From: Patescibacteria group bacterium
GTDB lineage: Bacteria > Patescibacteriota > Minisyncoccia > Phycocordibacterales > EsbW-18
DNA: 64,000 nt
Direction of reading: 5' to 3'
Assembly: GCA_038064475.1 (NCBI GenBank)
Contig: JBBTTA010000003.1
Coordinates: forward strand, 24,985 to 88,984
A model generated the notes under the pieces. That model had not been told where the DNA came from and made no database searches. It saw only the letters and a program-made list of their open reading frames with translations. Shown here piece after piece: positions 1-9,807 of this stretch. Position 1 is the stretch's first letter, and each line of letters begins with the position of its first letter. A program made the translations under genes and the position numbers.

Positions 1-1201
1 TTTCTTTTTCTTCTTCGCCAATACAGATAATGTATGGAATTCCCTGCTTCTCTGCTGTCTTTATCTGTGCAGGAACCTTGCGCCCTGTGTAATCAACGGC
101 AACATTCACATCACTTGTGCGCAAATGATCTGCAACATCGTCAGCAAATGTGACAACATCTGCTTCGAGCACACATATATAGACATCAGTCGTTGAGGTA
201 AATGCGGGAAGTATTTTGTGAGTTTCTAGATAATCACGAATCGTCACATCTCCCATACCAAATCCAACACCTGATACTTTTTCAACATCAAAAATCGAGA
301 CGAGGTCGTCATAGCGTCCCCCACCGAAGAGTGCGCGGTTATTTTCATCACTCACATCAAACACTTCAAACACCATGCCGGTGTAGTAATCAAAACCACG
401 AACGATTGTTGGATCAAATGAGACGTTTGAAATACCTTTGCTTTTTAACATTTCCAAAAGTGCAACGAGCTCGCGCGCGCCGTCAGTGTTCAAAAGCGCT
501 TCCGGAAGTTTCGCGACGGCGCGCGCTTCCAAAATTGAAACTAACTCCCCTGTTCTATCTCCCACAATTTCTTCTGCGGCCTTTTCAAACGCATCTGCAT
601 CCATCTTCGCTCGCTTATCCATCAACTTCATGAGTTTTTGTGATGCATCGTCATCGAGAGCAAAAAATGTTCGCGCAATATCGTTGATGAGCTTGCGGTG
701 ATTCACATGAATTGTGAAATCAGAATTTTTTGCACCAAATGCATGCATAACAGCGTGTGCAACAGCGACAACTTCTGTATCTGCTTCAATTGTGTCACTT
801 CCAAACATGTCGACATTCAATTGCCAGTGTTCACGCAAACGTCCGCGCTGTGGTCGTTCATAACGGAAAAGGTTTGGAATCGAGTACCAACGAAGCGGTA
901 ATGGGAGATCGCGGCGTTTTGCAGCAACCATACGAGCAACGGTTGGCGTCATCTCTGGACGCATCGTCACATTACGCTCACCACGATCAATAAAGGAGTA
1001 TGTTTGTTCGTTAACGATTTCAGAACCCGTCTTTGCTTCGTAGAGAGCTGTTTCTTCGAGAATTGAAGCCCCATATTCAACGTAGCCATATCGCTCAACC
1101 GCCTTTCGCATTGTTGAGAATATGTAGTTCTGCACCGCCATGTCTTCTGGATAGAAGTCTCGCGTTCCTTTATAGGCTTCTGTCGATAGCCCCTTTTTCA
1201 T
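1..1201 (-). CDS. hisS: Histidyl-tRNA synthetase, C-terminal part cut by window edge
   Basis: Minus-strand ATG at 1201..1199 (RBS-like GGGG upstream) translates MKKGLSTEAYKGTRDFYPEDM... with class II HisRS-type motifs; frame open to position 1. Plus-strand ORFs 202..993 in the track are antisense artefacts. Confidence 0.8.
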   Translation of the reverse strand, partial: MKKGLSTEAYKGTRDFYPEDMAVQNYIFSTMRKAVERYGYVEYGASILEETALYEAKTGSEIVNEQTYSFIDRGERNVTMRPEMTPTVARMVAAKRRDLPLPLRWYSIPNLFRYERPQRGRLREHWQLNVDMFGSDTIEADTEVVAVAHAVMHAFGAKNSDFTIHVNHRKLINDIARTFFALDDDASQKLMKLMDKRAKMDADAFEKAAEEIVGDRTGELVSILEARAVAKLPEALLNTDGARELVALLEMLKSKGISNVSFDPTIVRGFDYYTGMVFEVFDVSDENNRALFGGGRYDDLVSIFDVEKVSGVGFGMGDVTIRDYLETHKILPAFTSTTDVYICVLEADVVTFADDVADHLRTSDVNVAVDYTGRKVPAQIKTAEKQGIPYIICIGEEEKE

Positions 1202-1272
1202 GGAAATACTATAGCATGACCAAAAACAAAACCGCCCATTTCGGGGCGGTTTTGTTAAACACGAGGGTTTGA

Positions 1273-1662
1273 TTACTTGAGAGTAACCTTACCACCTGCG
1301 TCTTCAATCTTCTTCTTGATTTCTTCTGCTTCTTCCTTCTTAACACCTTGCTTCACCATAGATGGTGCGCCGTCAACGATGTCCTTTGCCTCCTTGAGAC
1401 CGAGGGCCGCTACGTCCTTCACCACCTTGATAACAGCAATCTTGTTTTCACCTGCTGCGGTAAGTTCGATGTTGAATTCAGACTTTTCTTCTGCTGCTGG
1501 GCCTGCTGCTGGAGCTGCGGCTGCTGCAACTGCTGAAACGCCGAACTTTTCTTCGAATACCTTTACGAGTTCGTTCAAATCAAGAACGCTCATTTCTTCA
1601 ATCTTTGAAACGATGTCCTTGAACTTTGCAGGAACTGCTGCTGATTTTGTTTCTCCTTCCAT
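1273..1662 (-). CDS. rplL: 50S ribosomal protein L7/L12
   Basis: 129 aa, Ala-rich hinge [16 protein letters not shown]-terminal [22 protein letters not shown]...[24 protein letters not shown] typical of L7/L12. Confidence 0.95.
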   Translation of the reverse strand: MEGETKSAAVPAKFKDIVSKIEEMSVLDLNELVKVFEEKFGVSAVAAAAAPAAGPAAEEKSEFNIELTAAGENKIAVIKVVKDVAALGLKEAKDIVDGAPSMVKQGVKKEEAEEIKKKIEDAGGKVTLK

Positions 1663-1681
1663 AATATTTTCTAGAGTTTAA

Positions 1682-2185
1682 TTAATTTGACTTCTTATCT
1701 GCAACTGCCTGGAGCGCTATTGCGAAACGCTGCACAGGAGAGTTGATGATGTTCACAAACATTCCGAGAAGCACGTGTTGTGATGGGATTGTTGCGATCT
1801 CAAGCATCTTGGAACCCGTGAGGTATGCACCTTCAAAGATTCCGCCGACAATTGAAACGCGACCATCAAACTTCTTCTGGAATGCGTACACACCACGCGC
1901 TGGTGCTGTGATATCTGTTGTGTCTTTCTCAACTGGATATACAACAGCAATTTCGCCAGGCAATTCTGGTAACTCGCCCGCAACCTTCTTGTCTCCAAGA
2001 ACTTTACGAATGAGTGTCTTCTTGGCAACCATATACTTCACACCGTCATGACGAAGTGTTTTTCGCATCTCTGATGTGTTAGACACGGTAAGACCGTGGA
2101 AGTTTACGAATACCGCTCCCGGTTTGTCGAAGACCTCTTGAAGTTCTTTCAAGATGCCTCCTTTGATATCTCGTGTAATTGGCAT
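1682..2185 (-). CDS. rplJ: 50S ribosomal protein L10
   Basis: 167 aa directly upstream of rplL in the conserved rplJ-rplL order; L10-like sequence. Confidence 0.9.
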   Translation of the reverse strand: MPITRDIKGGILKELQEVFDKPGAVFVNFHGLTVSNTSEMRKTLRHDGVKYMVAKKTLIRKVLGDKKVAGELPELPGEIAVVYPVEKDTTDITAPARGVYAFQKKFDGRVSIVGGIFEGAYLTGSKMLEIATIPSQHVLLGMFVNIINSPVQRFAIALQAVADKKSN

Positions 2186-2345
2186 GTTTGTTAAATAAAA
2201 AAACGGCTAACAAAACCGTTTGGCCCTTTGACGGGACAGAGTAGATCGACCCCTCGGCCGGCTTGTGAATTAAGACCTTTCGATCGCCAGCTGTCTACGG
2301 TTCTGTAACGACTATACTACCCGAAAACCCGCCTAGGTCAAGGCA
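2186..2345 (-). promoter_or_regulatory. Possible rplJ 5' leader (L10-leader-like autoregulatory region), not structurally verified
   Basis: About 160 nt untranslated region upstream of rplJ containing hairpin-forming segments; only its position supports this. Confidence 0.2.
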
Positions 2346-2349
2346 TTTT

Positions 2350-2392
2350 GACTAGACGCTCAGCGTCTAGTCATTTTGGAGGCTTAGCCTCC
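2350..2392. repeat. Two adjacent perfect palindromes: gactagacgc-tca-gcgtctagtc and ggaggct-t-agcctcc
   Basis: Read directly; near-identical copy of the first at 39038..39060, and the second recurs twice inside the CDS at 27826..27868. Confidence 0.8.
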
Positions 2393-3385
2393 AAAAGTTG
2401 AGAGGAGTCCGCGTGAGTCAAGAAACGCTTGGCTTGTTGTAGCAGACATTGGGAACGGCTGACTTTGTTCGCTTGAAAGCGGAATGAGTTCGTAGGTGAC
2501 GTCTTCATCGATAGTTATTTTGATAGCAAGACCCGTCTGTACGTCGTCGTTCCAGTACTGATCGAAGATAAAATTACCTAATGAGTAGAAAATGGGTTTG
2601 TTGTTGTAGAGGCCGATGTCTTGCACAACGTGCGGATGTGCTCCGAAGATGACATCGACTCCGTTATCAATTAAGAAATGTGCAAATACCATTTGATCGT
2701 CGTTATGTGTCATCTCATACTCGTTGCCCCAGTGAATGACAACAGCGAGCGTAATTTCGGGAGGTACACTTTGCAACTCTTTTCTTAGTTCTTCTCTATC
2801 ATGTGACTGAATGGTTGTATCAAGTCCGATGAATGCAAGATTTGCGCGCGGCACAACATACACAGATCCCGTTTCTGTTGTGCCGCGCTTGCCGAACATC
2901 TCTACACCAGCGTCGGTAAGATATTTTTCTGTGTCTTTATATCCTTCTTTACCCTGATCAAACGCGTGATTGTTTGCAACACTTACGGTTTCAATGTTGT
3001 GTTGCGCAAGTGTTTCTGCAACTGACGGATCAAAACTAAATTGCATTGTGTTTGTGGCATCTCCATCACGTGTTGTGATAGGGCCTTCAAGATTTCCGAT
3101 GACCATATCAACAGAATTGAGAAGTTCCGTGATGTGTTCGAATGGGTGGTCATTGCCGTTTTTTCGCATGAGTGTGCGCACGTGACGACCAAGCATGATA
3201 TCGCCGACAACAAGAATCGTTGTCGGCTCTGGGTGAGGTGTGAGCGCTTCTCGAACAACTGTAATAGGAGCAGCCACAGCGGCAGGGATTTCAATTTCTT
3301 CCACATAAAATGAAAGAACCCTTGCGGCAATGCCAATAGCAACGAGAAATACCAACAGTATTTCAAACAATCGCCCAACCTTCAT
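2384..3385 (-). CDS. CapA/PgsA-like metallophosphatase (poly-gamma-glutamate synthesis family), membrane anchored
   Basis: Start chosen at MKVGRLFEILLVFLVAIGIAARV (TM anchor) at 3385; longer ORF to 3472 is possible. GDIMLGR, HWGNEY and FGAHPH calcineurin-like motifs. Confidence 0.7.
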   Translation of the reverse strand: MKVGRLFEILLVFLVAIGIAARVLSFYVEEIEIPAAVAAPITVVREALTPHPEPTTILVVGDIMLGRHVRTLMRKNGNDHPFEHITELLNSVDMVIGNLEGPITTRDGDATNTMQFSFDPSVAETLAQHNIETVSVANNHAFDQGKEGYKDTEKYLTDAGVEMFGKRGTTETGSVYVVPRANLAFIGLDTTIQSHDREELRKELQSVPPEITLAVVIHWGNEYEMTHNDDQMVFAHFLIDNGVDVIFGAHPHVVQDIGLYNNKPIFYSLGNFIFDQYWNDDVQTGLAIKITIDEDVTYELIPLSSEQSQPFPMSATTSQAFLDSRGLLSTFGG

Positions 3386-3484
3386 GAATGCATGATGACA
3401 TACTTTCAGAAAACAAAAACAGCTGCCGACGGCAACTGTTTTTGTTTGTGTTAAACACTCGGTGTTTAACATCTGGTATTGTCC

Positions 3485-3512
3485 TCTGTTCTCTGTTCTC
3501 TGTTCTCTGTTC
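3485..3512. repeat. Heptanucleotide tandem repeat (tctgttc)x4 between the surface-protein stop and capA start
   Basis: Four perfect units read directly, flanked by partial units. Confidence 0.9.
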
Positions 3513-6346
3513 TAGATTTCCCTGATGTCCGGTGATCCCTTCTCCGAATCATCGAGAACACTTGTGCAGTGAATATCCCCGCCGGCGCCTGGGGCATAGT
3601 CGATACCACCGTCACCGTCATTATCGAACCCGTCTGAACATTCAGTGACATCGCCCCCTGTGTCGTCATCCCCTTGTTCGTTATCGTCCAGCGCATCATC
3701 ACAGTGTGGATCATCGTCATTGTCTCCATCAATACCGTTTACACCATCCCAATCAACAAAGGTATCTGCATCATTGTCAGTACCGTCATTACACTGTGGT
3801 GCATTTACAAGAATCGTTACACTGTCACTCACATCGCCACTTTTATCTCCAGCTTCACACGTAATAGTGAATGTTGTATCACTTGAAAGCACTCCGGAAT
3901 CTTCTCCTTTCCCGCTATCATCACGACTTCCTGACCATGGAGGAATACCTTCGCTTGCTACACACGTTCCAGATGTAATTTCATTTGATTCCCATGTAAG
4001 TTCAACAACCGAATCAGTCCCTACAGGAGTTGGGTTGTCTGATCCATTGATCTTAAGATCAACTTCTGGTCCTCCAGGTGGAGGTGGTGGTGGCTCGGCA
4101 GTATAGGTAATCGTGTAGGAGATTGTTCCTCCACAATCAAGTGCTTGCGACGATGCTGGTGCAATTGATGGAGGAAGGTAGCCCTCGAGCGTTGGCACAT
4201 TTGAAAGAGTATAGTTACCTGCAAGTTGATCTGTGTATGTCTCTGAACTTTGGTTTATGTTTTCAGTAATCGTTCCACTTGGTCCAGACAATGACCATGT
4301 TGTTGGCACGTTTGATGACACAACAACTGTTCCCGCAGAACATGCTGGTTCTTCTTCTTCCACAGTAACGTAACAATTTGATGAGACGAGTGCATCACTA
4401 CCGACGTTCACTGTCTTCGTTCCTGTAGCAGAATATGAAACGGTAAATGAGGCCCCTGATCCGCTTGCAGGTGTTCCTCCAATTGCTGACCATGCATATG
4501 TGCTGTTTCCTCCTCGCGCCGTAAGCGTAACTGGTTGATTAACACCTACGGGTGGCTGACCGGCAGGCAAACATTCTGGACGAACACGTACCAGCACATT
4601 ATCGTTTACCCCCTGTACTGGTGGACCATTGCGTATGGCGTCACCAAAATAGTTGCGTCGAACAGTTGCTGCTGACACGTTTTGTGTTCCACTGTCTGCA
4701 ATTACTGCTACCCCCCAAAGTGTGTCGTTAGGGCTTGCTCCTTTACTTCGTGTTGTATCTGCACCCGAAGATGTCCACGATAGTGTTGGCACAACACCGT
4801 AGTTCACGAGAATTGATGTGCCATTGTACGCAACACCCGGAGCACTTGCACCAAGTTGGAATGTAAGAGGTGGTGGACCCGATGTAATGTTTATCGTACA
4901 TGCACCCGTCGCACCTGTGTCCGTGCGCGTAAAGGTGACCGTACGTGATCCTGTTGTTGTAAATGTTTTAGTGACAGATGATGCAGAACCGCTTGAGCCT
5001 GATGGTAAAATACCTGTCGTCGGAGAAATTGCCCATGTATGTGCCGCACCGCCGCTTGCTGTGAATGTCACACTATCTACATCTTCTTGTGCCGCTGTCG
5101 GGCCAGAGCATGTTACGTCTGTTGCGGGACAGGTGAGTGATTGTGGATTGTTCGAAAAAGCAACCCATTCATTCGTGTCTCCTTGTACTTCACCTGTAAT
5201 GCTATGAGCTACTCCTGTTGAAACAAGGCCAGCAAGGCTCGATGAGAATGTACATGATGCACCAACACAACCCGTTGCACCAGCTGTTGTTGATTTTACA
5301 AGTGTTCCATCAGAATAAATTCGAATCGGACGTGGTGCTGTTGTATCAACATCATCACCCCAACCAGTTACGGTACAATTTGCAAATGGTGGTGTGAATG
5401 CGCCTGTTGGCAAATCCCCCCCTCCAACCTCCACATTACACGTACTTGATTGTCCGTTCCGTGTCACTGTAACAACTTTTGTTCCTATTGTTGAATACGA
5501 AGTTGTACATGTTCCTCCTGTTGCACATGAACCTCCCCCCCCTGTATTCCATGTGTAGTACGGAGACGTTCCTCCGCTTCCTCCTGATGCTGTCACAACT
5601 GTATTTTGATCAGGGTTAACCAGAGAAGGGTTTGCTGAACATGATAGTGCTGATGGAGCCGTCACATTCACCGTAACGCTTTTATTCACCGTACCCCCAG
5701 GGCCTGTACATGACATTGAAAATGTCGTTGCGGTAGTGAGATCACTTGATGCATCGTTTCCTCCTGTTGCACTTCCTGTTGAAAACCCCGCACCCCCCGT
5801 TGCTGTACATGATGTTGTGTTTGTTGATGTCCACGTTAACGTTGTTGGTGTGTCTGATGTTACAGGGTTTGGAGACGCTGTAAGTGTTGCTGTTGGTGCG
5901 GGAGGGGCTGTAACAGTAACATTCACGGTCACTGAACCCCCTCCTTCAGGTGATGGATCTTCGACACAGTCACGATCAACACCGATAGCAAAGAGTGTGT
6001 CGGTTGTTAACACATCCGTTGTATACGAAAGCGTTCCAGGGTTTGTTGTGTACGTCAGTGTATGCCCAACAGGGTATGTGCGAGAGATATTGTATGGCGT
6101 AGCACCCGTACTCGAGTTGGTGAACGTGACAGGAAGTGTTGATCCTGATGATACGGCGATTGAATACACCGCATCGCGATTTCCTGCGCTGTTGGCATAC
6201 GTCGTCCCATTGATTGTCATACTCATGATAGGGACCGCCATTCCTGAACATACCTCTAGGGCACGTGCCGTGTTTGGGACCGCCATCCACACAAGTGCCA
6301 AAAGCGTACCGATACCAAGTAACGAATTTCGTACAATAGATTTCAT
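3512..6346 (-). CDS. Large secreted repetitive surface protein (944 aa), Thr/Ser/Gly-rich Ig-like repeats, C-terminal Asp-rich Cys-containing Ca-binding-like tail
   Basis: N-terminal signal peptide MKSIVRNSLLGIGTLLALVWMAVPNTARA; long low-complexity body; C-terminus CNDGTDNDADTFVDWDGVNGIDGDNDDD...CSDGFDNDGDGGIDY. Confidence 0.75.
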   Translation of the reverse strand: MKSIVRNSLLGIGTLLALVWMAVPNTARALEVCSGMAVPIMSMTINGTTYANSAGNRDAVYSIAVSSGSTLPVTFTNSSTGATPYNISRTYPVGHTLTYTTNPGTLSYTTDVLTTDTLFAIGVDRDCVEDPSPEGGGSVTVNVTVTAPPAPTATLTASPNPVTSDTPTTLTWTSTNTTSCTATGGAGFSTGSATGGNDASSDLTTATTFSMSCTGPGGTVNKSVTVNVTAPSALSCSANPSLVNPDQNTVVTASGGSGGTSPYYTWNTGGGGSCATGGTCTTSYSTIGTKVVTVTRNGQSSTCNVEVGGGDLPTGAFTPPFANCTVTGWGDDVDTTAPRPIRIYSDGTLVKSTTAGATGCVGASCTFSSSLAGLVSTGVAHSITGEVQGDTNEWVAFSNNPQSLTCPATDVTCSGPTAAQEDVDSVTFTASGGAAHTWAISPTTGILPSGSSGSASSVTKTFTTTGSRTVTFTRTDTGATGACTINITSGPPPLTFQLGASAPGVAYNGTSILVNYGVVPTLSWTSSGADTTRSKGASPNDTLWGVAVIADSGTQNVSAATVRRNYFGDAIRNGPPVQGVNDNVLVRVRPECLPAGQPPVGVNQPVTLTARGGNSTYAWSAIGGTPASGSGASFTVSYSATGTKTVNVGSDALVSSNCYVTVEEEEPACSAGTVVVSSNVPTTWSLSGPSGTITENINQSSETYTDQLAGNYTLSNVPTLEGYLPPSIAPASSQALDCGGTISYTITYTAEPPPPPPGGPEVDLKINGSDNPTPVGTDSVVELTWESNEITSGTCVASEGIPPWSGSRDDSGKGEDSGVLSSDTTFTITCEAGDKSGDVSDSVTILVNAPQCNDGTDNDADTFVDWDGVNGIDGDNDDDPHCDDALDDNEQGDDDTGGDVTECSDGFDNDGDGGIDYAPGAGGDIHCTSVLDDSEKGSPDIREI

Positions 6347-6536
6347 GGGACGTATAAATAGTTATAAACTCCTTTCAGTATAGTGCTAGACGAACCAAAA
6401 AATAAGAAGGTTATGCACATCCCATTGGAGGTGCAAAAAATTGCCCTACATTTTCGATGTCCTCTAACGGGACAGGGCAAAAAGAAAAGGCGCCCCGTGA
6501 AGAGACGCCTTGTATTGAAAAAAGAAGAGCTAGAGG

Positions 6537-7712
6537 TTAGTTGCAAGGAAATGCGGTGATGTCGCCGATCTGACCGAAGTTCAGGTCGAAGTTGGTGTAC
6601 CCCGTAACTTCCTGAGTCAGTGTATCGCGAATCGTAAGTGTGAAGCCAACGTTCGTGGTTGTTCCGTAGAACACCCAGAAGTAGCTGTTGAGTTCACACC
6701 CATTGATGATCTTCACCAACATCTCCTTATTGCTTTCCGTGAAGAAAGAGAAGAGACCGGATTCGGTCGAACCAGGAATAGCGCTCGGCGTTCCGAAGCC
6801 CGAACGACCGCCCCCCAACACTGTGTTGTACTCGACCTGGAGCTCAAAACGCTTGTCTAGAGAATTGTTGGAACTGTCGAGGCACATCACCGTATTGCTT
6901 GGAACGCAGGGCCCCAGAGGTGCGTCCATCTCGGCCGCAGCCAGAGGCGCTGCAACCTGAAGGACGAGCGTTGCCTGCTGGTTCGGACCAACGAGCTCAA
7001 TGTCGTTGTAGAAGACACCGGGCCCCGTAACTCGCTCCGCACTGTACCAACCGCACGGAGACGACTGCGTCATGTAGGCGGCAAAACCATCGCCACCACC
7101 GTCAGGGCACACATACATCGCGCGGTTGTTTTCGAGTCCTTCCGGCGGCGTCAGTGCTGTCTCTTCCTCGTGGTCGAGACAAACCGTGTGGAACAGTTCG
7201 TGAGCGTAAAGCCCTCCCAGAACAGCCCGACGAACTGTTGCATAAGGTCCACAGAGCATTGCACCACCACCGGTTGGGTATTCATCAACGACGAGTACTA
7301 CACGGTCAGCACCGTATTGGGCTCGAAGCGGATCCAGAATACTATAATCCATCGGAAACACGGGATCTTGCGACCAACGCACGACACCAACCTTCGGAAA
7401 GGTCAGCCAATTGTTGTTCGAGTTGTGGAGAATCTGATGCAGTCGCGCATCAGCGAGCTCAAGCTCGCCCATGAACGACGCCGTCGATTCAGCCGACCAC
7501 GAGTTCGGATACACCACGAGGGTGTCCACCCGAGTCGCTGTCGGAACCGTCATCTCGAAAACGCTGTTGTTCTCCTGGAGTCGCCGAAGCTCGACCAAGA
7601 GAGGAACGTTCTCGTCACGAATCACCTGATCCGTGAACTGGATGTTGGACGCCGCCAAAGGAGCGGCGAACAGGATGAGAGCCACGAGCGCAAAACGCTT
7701 GCTGATGTTCAT
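6537..7712 (-). CDS. Secreted zinc metalloprotease, metzincin-like (HELFHTVCLDH)
   Basis: Signal peptide MNISKRFALVALILFAAPLAAS; HExxHxxxxxH motif; GC content clearly higher than flanking genes. Confidence 0.7.
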   Translation of the reverse strand: MNISKRFALVALILFAAPLAASNIQFTDQVIRDENVPLLVELRRLQENNSVFEMTVPTATRVDTLVVYPNSWSAESTASFMGELELADARLHQILHNSNNNWLTFPKVGVVRWSQDPVFPMDYSILDPLRAQYGADRVVLVVDEYPTGGGAMLCGPYATVRRAVLGGLYAHELFHTVCLDHEEETALTPPEGLENNRAMYVCPDGGGDGFAAYMTQSSPCGWYSAERVTGPGVFYNDIELVGPNQQATLVLQVAAPLAAAEMDAPLGPCVPSNTVMCLDSSNNSLDKRFELQVEYNTVLGGGRSGFGTPSAIPGSTESGLFSFFTESNKEMLVKIINGCELNSYFWVFYGTTTNVGFTLTIRDTLTQEVTGYTNFDLNFGQIGDITAFPCN

Positions 7713-8090
7713 CGCTTTTCCTTTCTGCCGTCAATGTGGCGGCGCTTGTCCTCCGTAGCTTTACGCGTAGGAGGAATAGGTATTTCGGTTGAACAACTAT
7801 AATTGCATTTCAAGGTTTTGACCTTGAAAACTAAGCTCTTCTTGTAAAAGAACTACCCATACCTAGTATAGTCACTGGGCAGAAGAAAAGTACCTCCTGT
7901 CAAGGTTTTCTGTACTAACCTGTGGACAATTTCTACGGGTTAAAACAAGGCCTAGTAAAGAGCCAAAATGAGGCTCGAGGAGGAGAATCCCCTTCTATTC
8001 CCCAACGTACCACGTCTTCCCAACCCCGTCAATGAAAACCAGTCTCTTGGGGGGTCTCTTACCTATCTCCCATCTTCCATACTCTATCTT

Positions 8091-8669
8091 CTATTGAGTC
8101 ACCGGCATTGTGTATGCAACCTCAACAACTGCTTTACCGCTCTGTTGCAATGTAAGTGTTATGTTTACTGTCTCTCCATTACGCTGTGCAGAGAAGTTTG
8201 TGACAGGAAGTTCATCAATTGATCCGTCTTTCAATACAACCCATCCCCCGTCAACCAAAAGTCGGCGGTAGCCATCAACAACCTCATGAAATTCAAGTGT
8301 CGACATGTAGCGCGCGACGGGCATCTGTTCACCGCGACCTGTGTATGCGATTGAGTAGCTTGTTTCTATTGCTGCACTTGGTTCAAGGAGTAATTCTTGT
8401 GGAAATCCCGCAACAAGTGAGCCTGCAGGTGCATGCGTAATCGCATTCCCCTCCTCGTCATACGTTACCCCATCGTCTTTCCCTTTACCTAAAAACCAAA
8501 GGGCTCCGACAATGAGAAGAATAATGACAATAATACTCACTAATACAGATGAGCTTTTTCGATGAGACTCTGGAGCCATTCCCCCGCCCATTGGTGTCGT
8601 GGTATTCATGCCTCCGTCTGTAAGAGGTGTCGTCATTGGACTTGTGTGGCGCATGTCTTGCATTCCCAT
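8091..8669 (-). CDS. Hypothetical membrane-anchored protein
   Basis: 192 aa, TM segment VLVSIIVIILLIVGALWFL, no recognisable domain. Confidence 0.55.
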   Translation of the reverse strand: MGMQDMRHTSPMTTPLTDGGMNTTTPMGGGMAPESHRKSSSVLVSIIVIILLIVGALWFLGKGKDDGVTYDEEGNAITHAPAGSLVAGFPQELLLEPSAAIETSYSIAYTGRGEQMPVARYMSTLEFHEVVDGYRRLLVDGGWVVLKDGSIDELPVTNFSAQRNGETVNITLTLQQSGKAVVEVAYTMPVTQ

Positions 8670-8902
8670 ATATAAAAAGTGTTAGTAGTAGCTAGTATGA
8701 ATGGTAGCGGAATGTATCCCCCCAAACAACGCATTTTGTTGATAACTATTAGTACCGCAGTGTGACTTAAGTGGTTCATTGACAAAAAACTCTAGGGAAG
8801 TACTGTGGTTCTAGAAATGGTTCTCTGTCAGAAATCCTCATATTCGCGGGACATACTGTTTCGCGAAAAAGCGCCAACGGCGCAGAAGGAAGGAGTCCCA
8901 AA

Positions 8903-9124
8903 ATGAAGTTCGCACGACTGGAGTTCCGTGTCACCGACGAGCAGTTCAAGATCTCGTCCTACTCCGACCCGGGCGGCATCATCAAGACCTGTGTCGCGCT
9001 GGCCCGCACCCCCGAGGGCGTGGCGGTGCGTCACAGCACCGACCCCGACAAGAAGACGCTGTTCTTCAGCAACGACGAATGGACCGCCTTCACCCAGGGT
9101 GTCCGCGCCGGCGAGTTCGGCTGA
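8903..9124 (+). CDS. DUF397 domain protein (actinobacterial type)
   Basis: 73 aa; SSYSDPGG...CVALA...VRHSTDPDKKTLFFSNDEWTAFTQGVRAGEFG matches the DUF397 pattern; very GC-rich with a GGAAGGAG RBS 7 nt upstream. Confidence 0.75.
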   Translation: MKFARLEFRVTDEQFKISSYSDPGGIIKTCVALARTPEGVAVRHSTDPDKKTLFFSNDEWTAFTQGVRAGEFG

Positions 9125-9140
9125 TTTCGGCCCGAAGGCC

Positions 9141-9172
9141 CAGGGGGAAGCGCCCACACGCTCCCCCTTTTT
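9141..9172 (+). terminator. Rho-independent terminator after the DUF397 gene
   Basis: agggggaagcgcccacacgctccccc followed by ttttta. Confidence 0.6.
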
Positions 9173-9178
9173 ATTTTC

Positions 9179-9679
9179 ATGAAAAACATTGCATACATTA
9201 TTCCTGGATACGGAGAAAACTGTAACCTAAAACGCTACCAGGCTCTTTCGTCTATGCTCAAAACAAAAGGGTACACTGTAAAACCAGTAAATCCTGACTG
9301 GAAAAAACCACTTTCAAAACAATCTTTTCGAGTTCCAAAAAATGCCCTCGTAATCGGTTTTTCATTTGGTGCCATAATTGCATATCTTATTGCAGAAAAA
9401 TACACTTTCACAAAAGCAATCTTAGCTTCTCTATCCCCTCTCAATACCTACCCAAAGAAAACTATCATCAAGTATTTTTCAAAAGAGATTGGCCAAAAGA
9501 AAGCAATTGTATATGCCACAGACCTAAAAAAAATAAAAATCTCGCTAAAAAACCTATCCACCCCAACCATTACTCTTGCTGGAGAGTTAGAAAAAGGAAT
9601 GTCGGCCGACTTTCTCGTTCCAAAAACAAACCATATGATGACAAAGACGTATATCAACGCAATTGCAAAGCTAGTCTAA
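9179..9679 (+). CDS. Alpha/beta-hydrolase-like protein (GFSFG nucleophile elbow)
   Basis: 166 aa, GxSxG motif VIGFSFGAIIAY. Confidence 0.5.
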   Translation: MKNIAYIIPGYGENCNLKRYQALSSMLKTKGYTVKPVNPDWKKPLSKQSFRVPKNALVIGFSFGAIIAYLIAEKYTFTKAILASLSPLNTYPKKTIIKYFSKEIGQKKAIVYATDLKKIKISLKNLSTPTITLAGELEKGMSADFLVPKTNHMMTKTYINAIAKLV

Positions 9680-9807
9680 TCCTCAACTTGACATCTTCTC
9701 GTGCTTCGGTATACTTATAGTCACGAATACGGTTGATGAGAGGACTGCTCCGAAAGAGCGGTCCTCTTTCTTAAAAGCCCCAGCCGGTATCGATAACACA
9801 TACACCT

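Noticed and set aside
202-1272. Plus-strand ORFs 202..633, 438..701, 698..901, 757..993, 1033..1272 from the track
   Set aside because: They lie antisense to a continuous, well-motifed HisRS reading frame on the minus strand (1..1201). Their translations are low-complexity with no signal.
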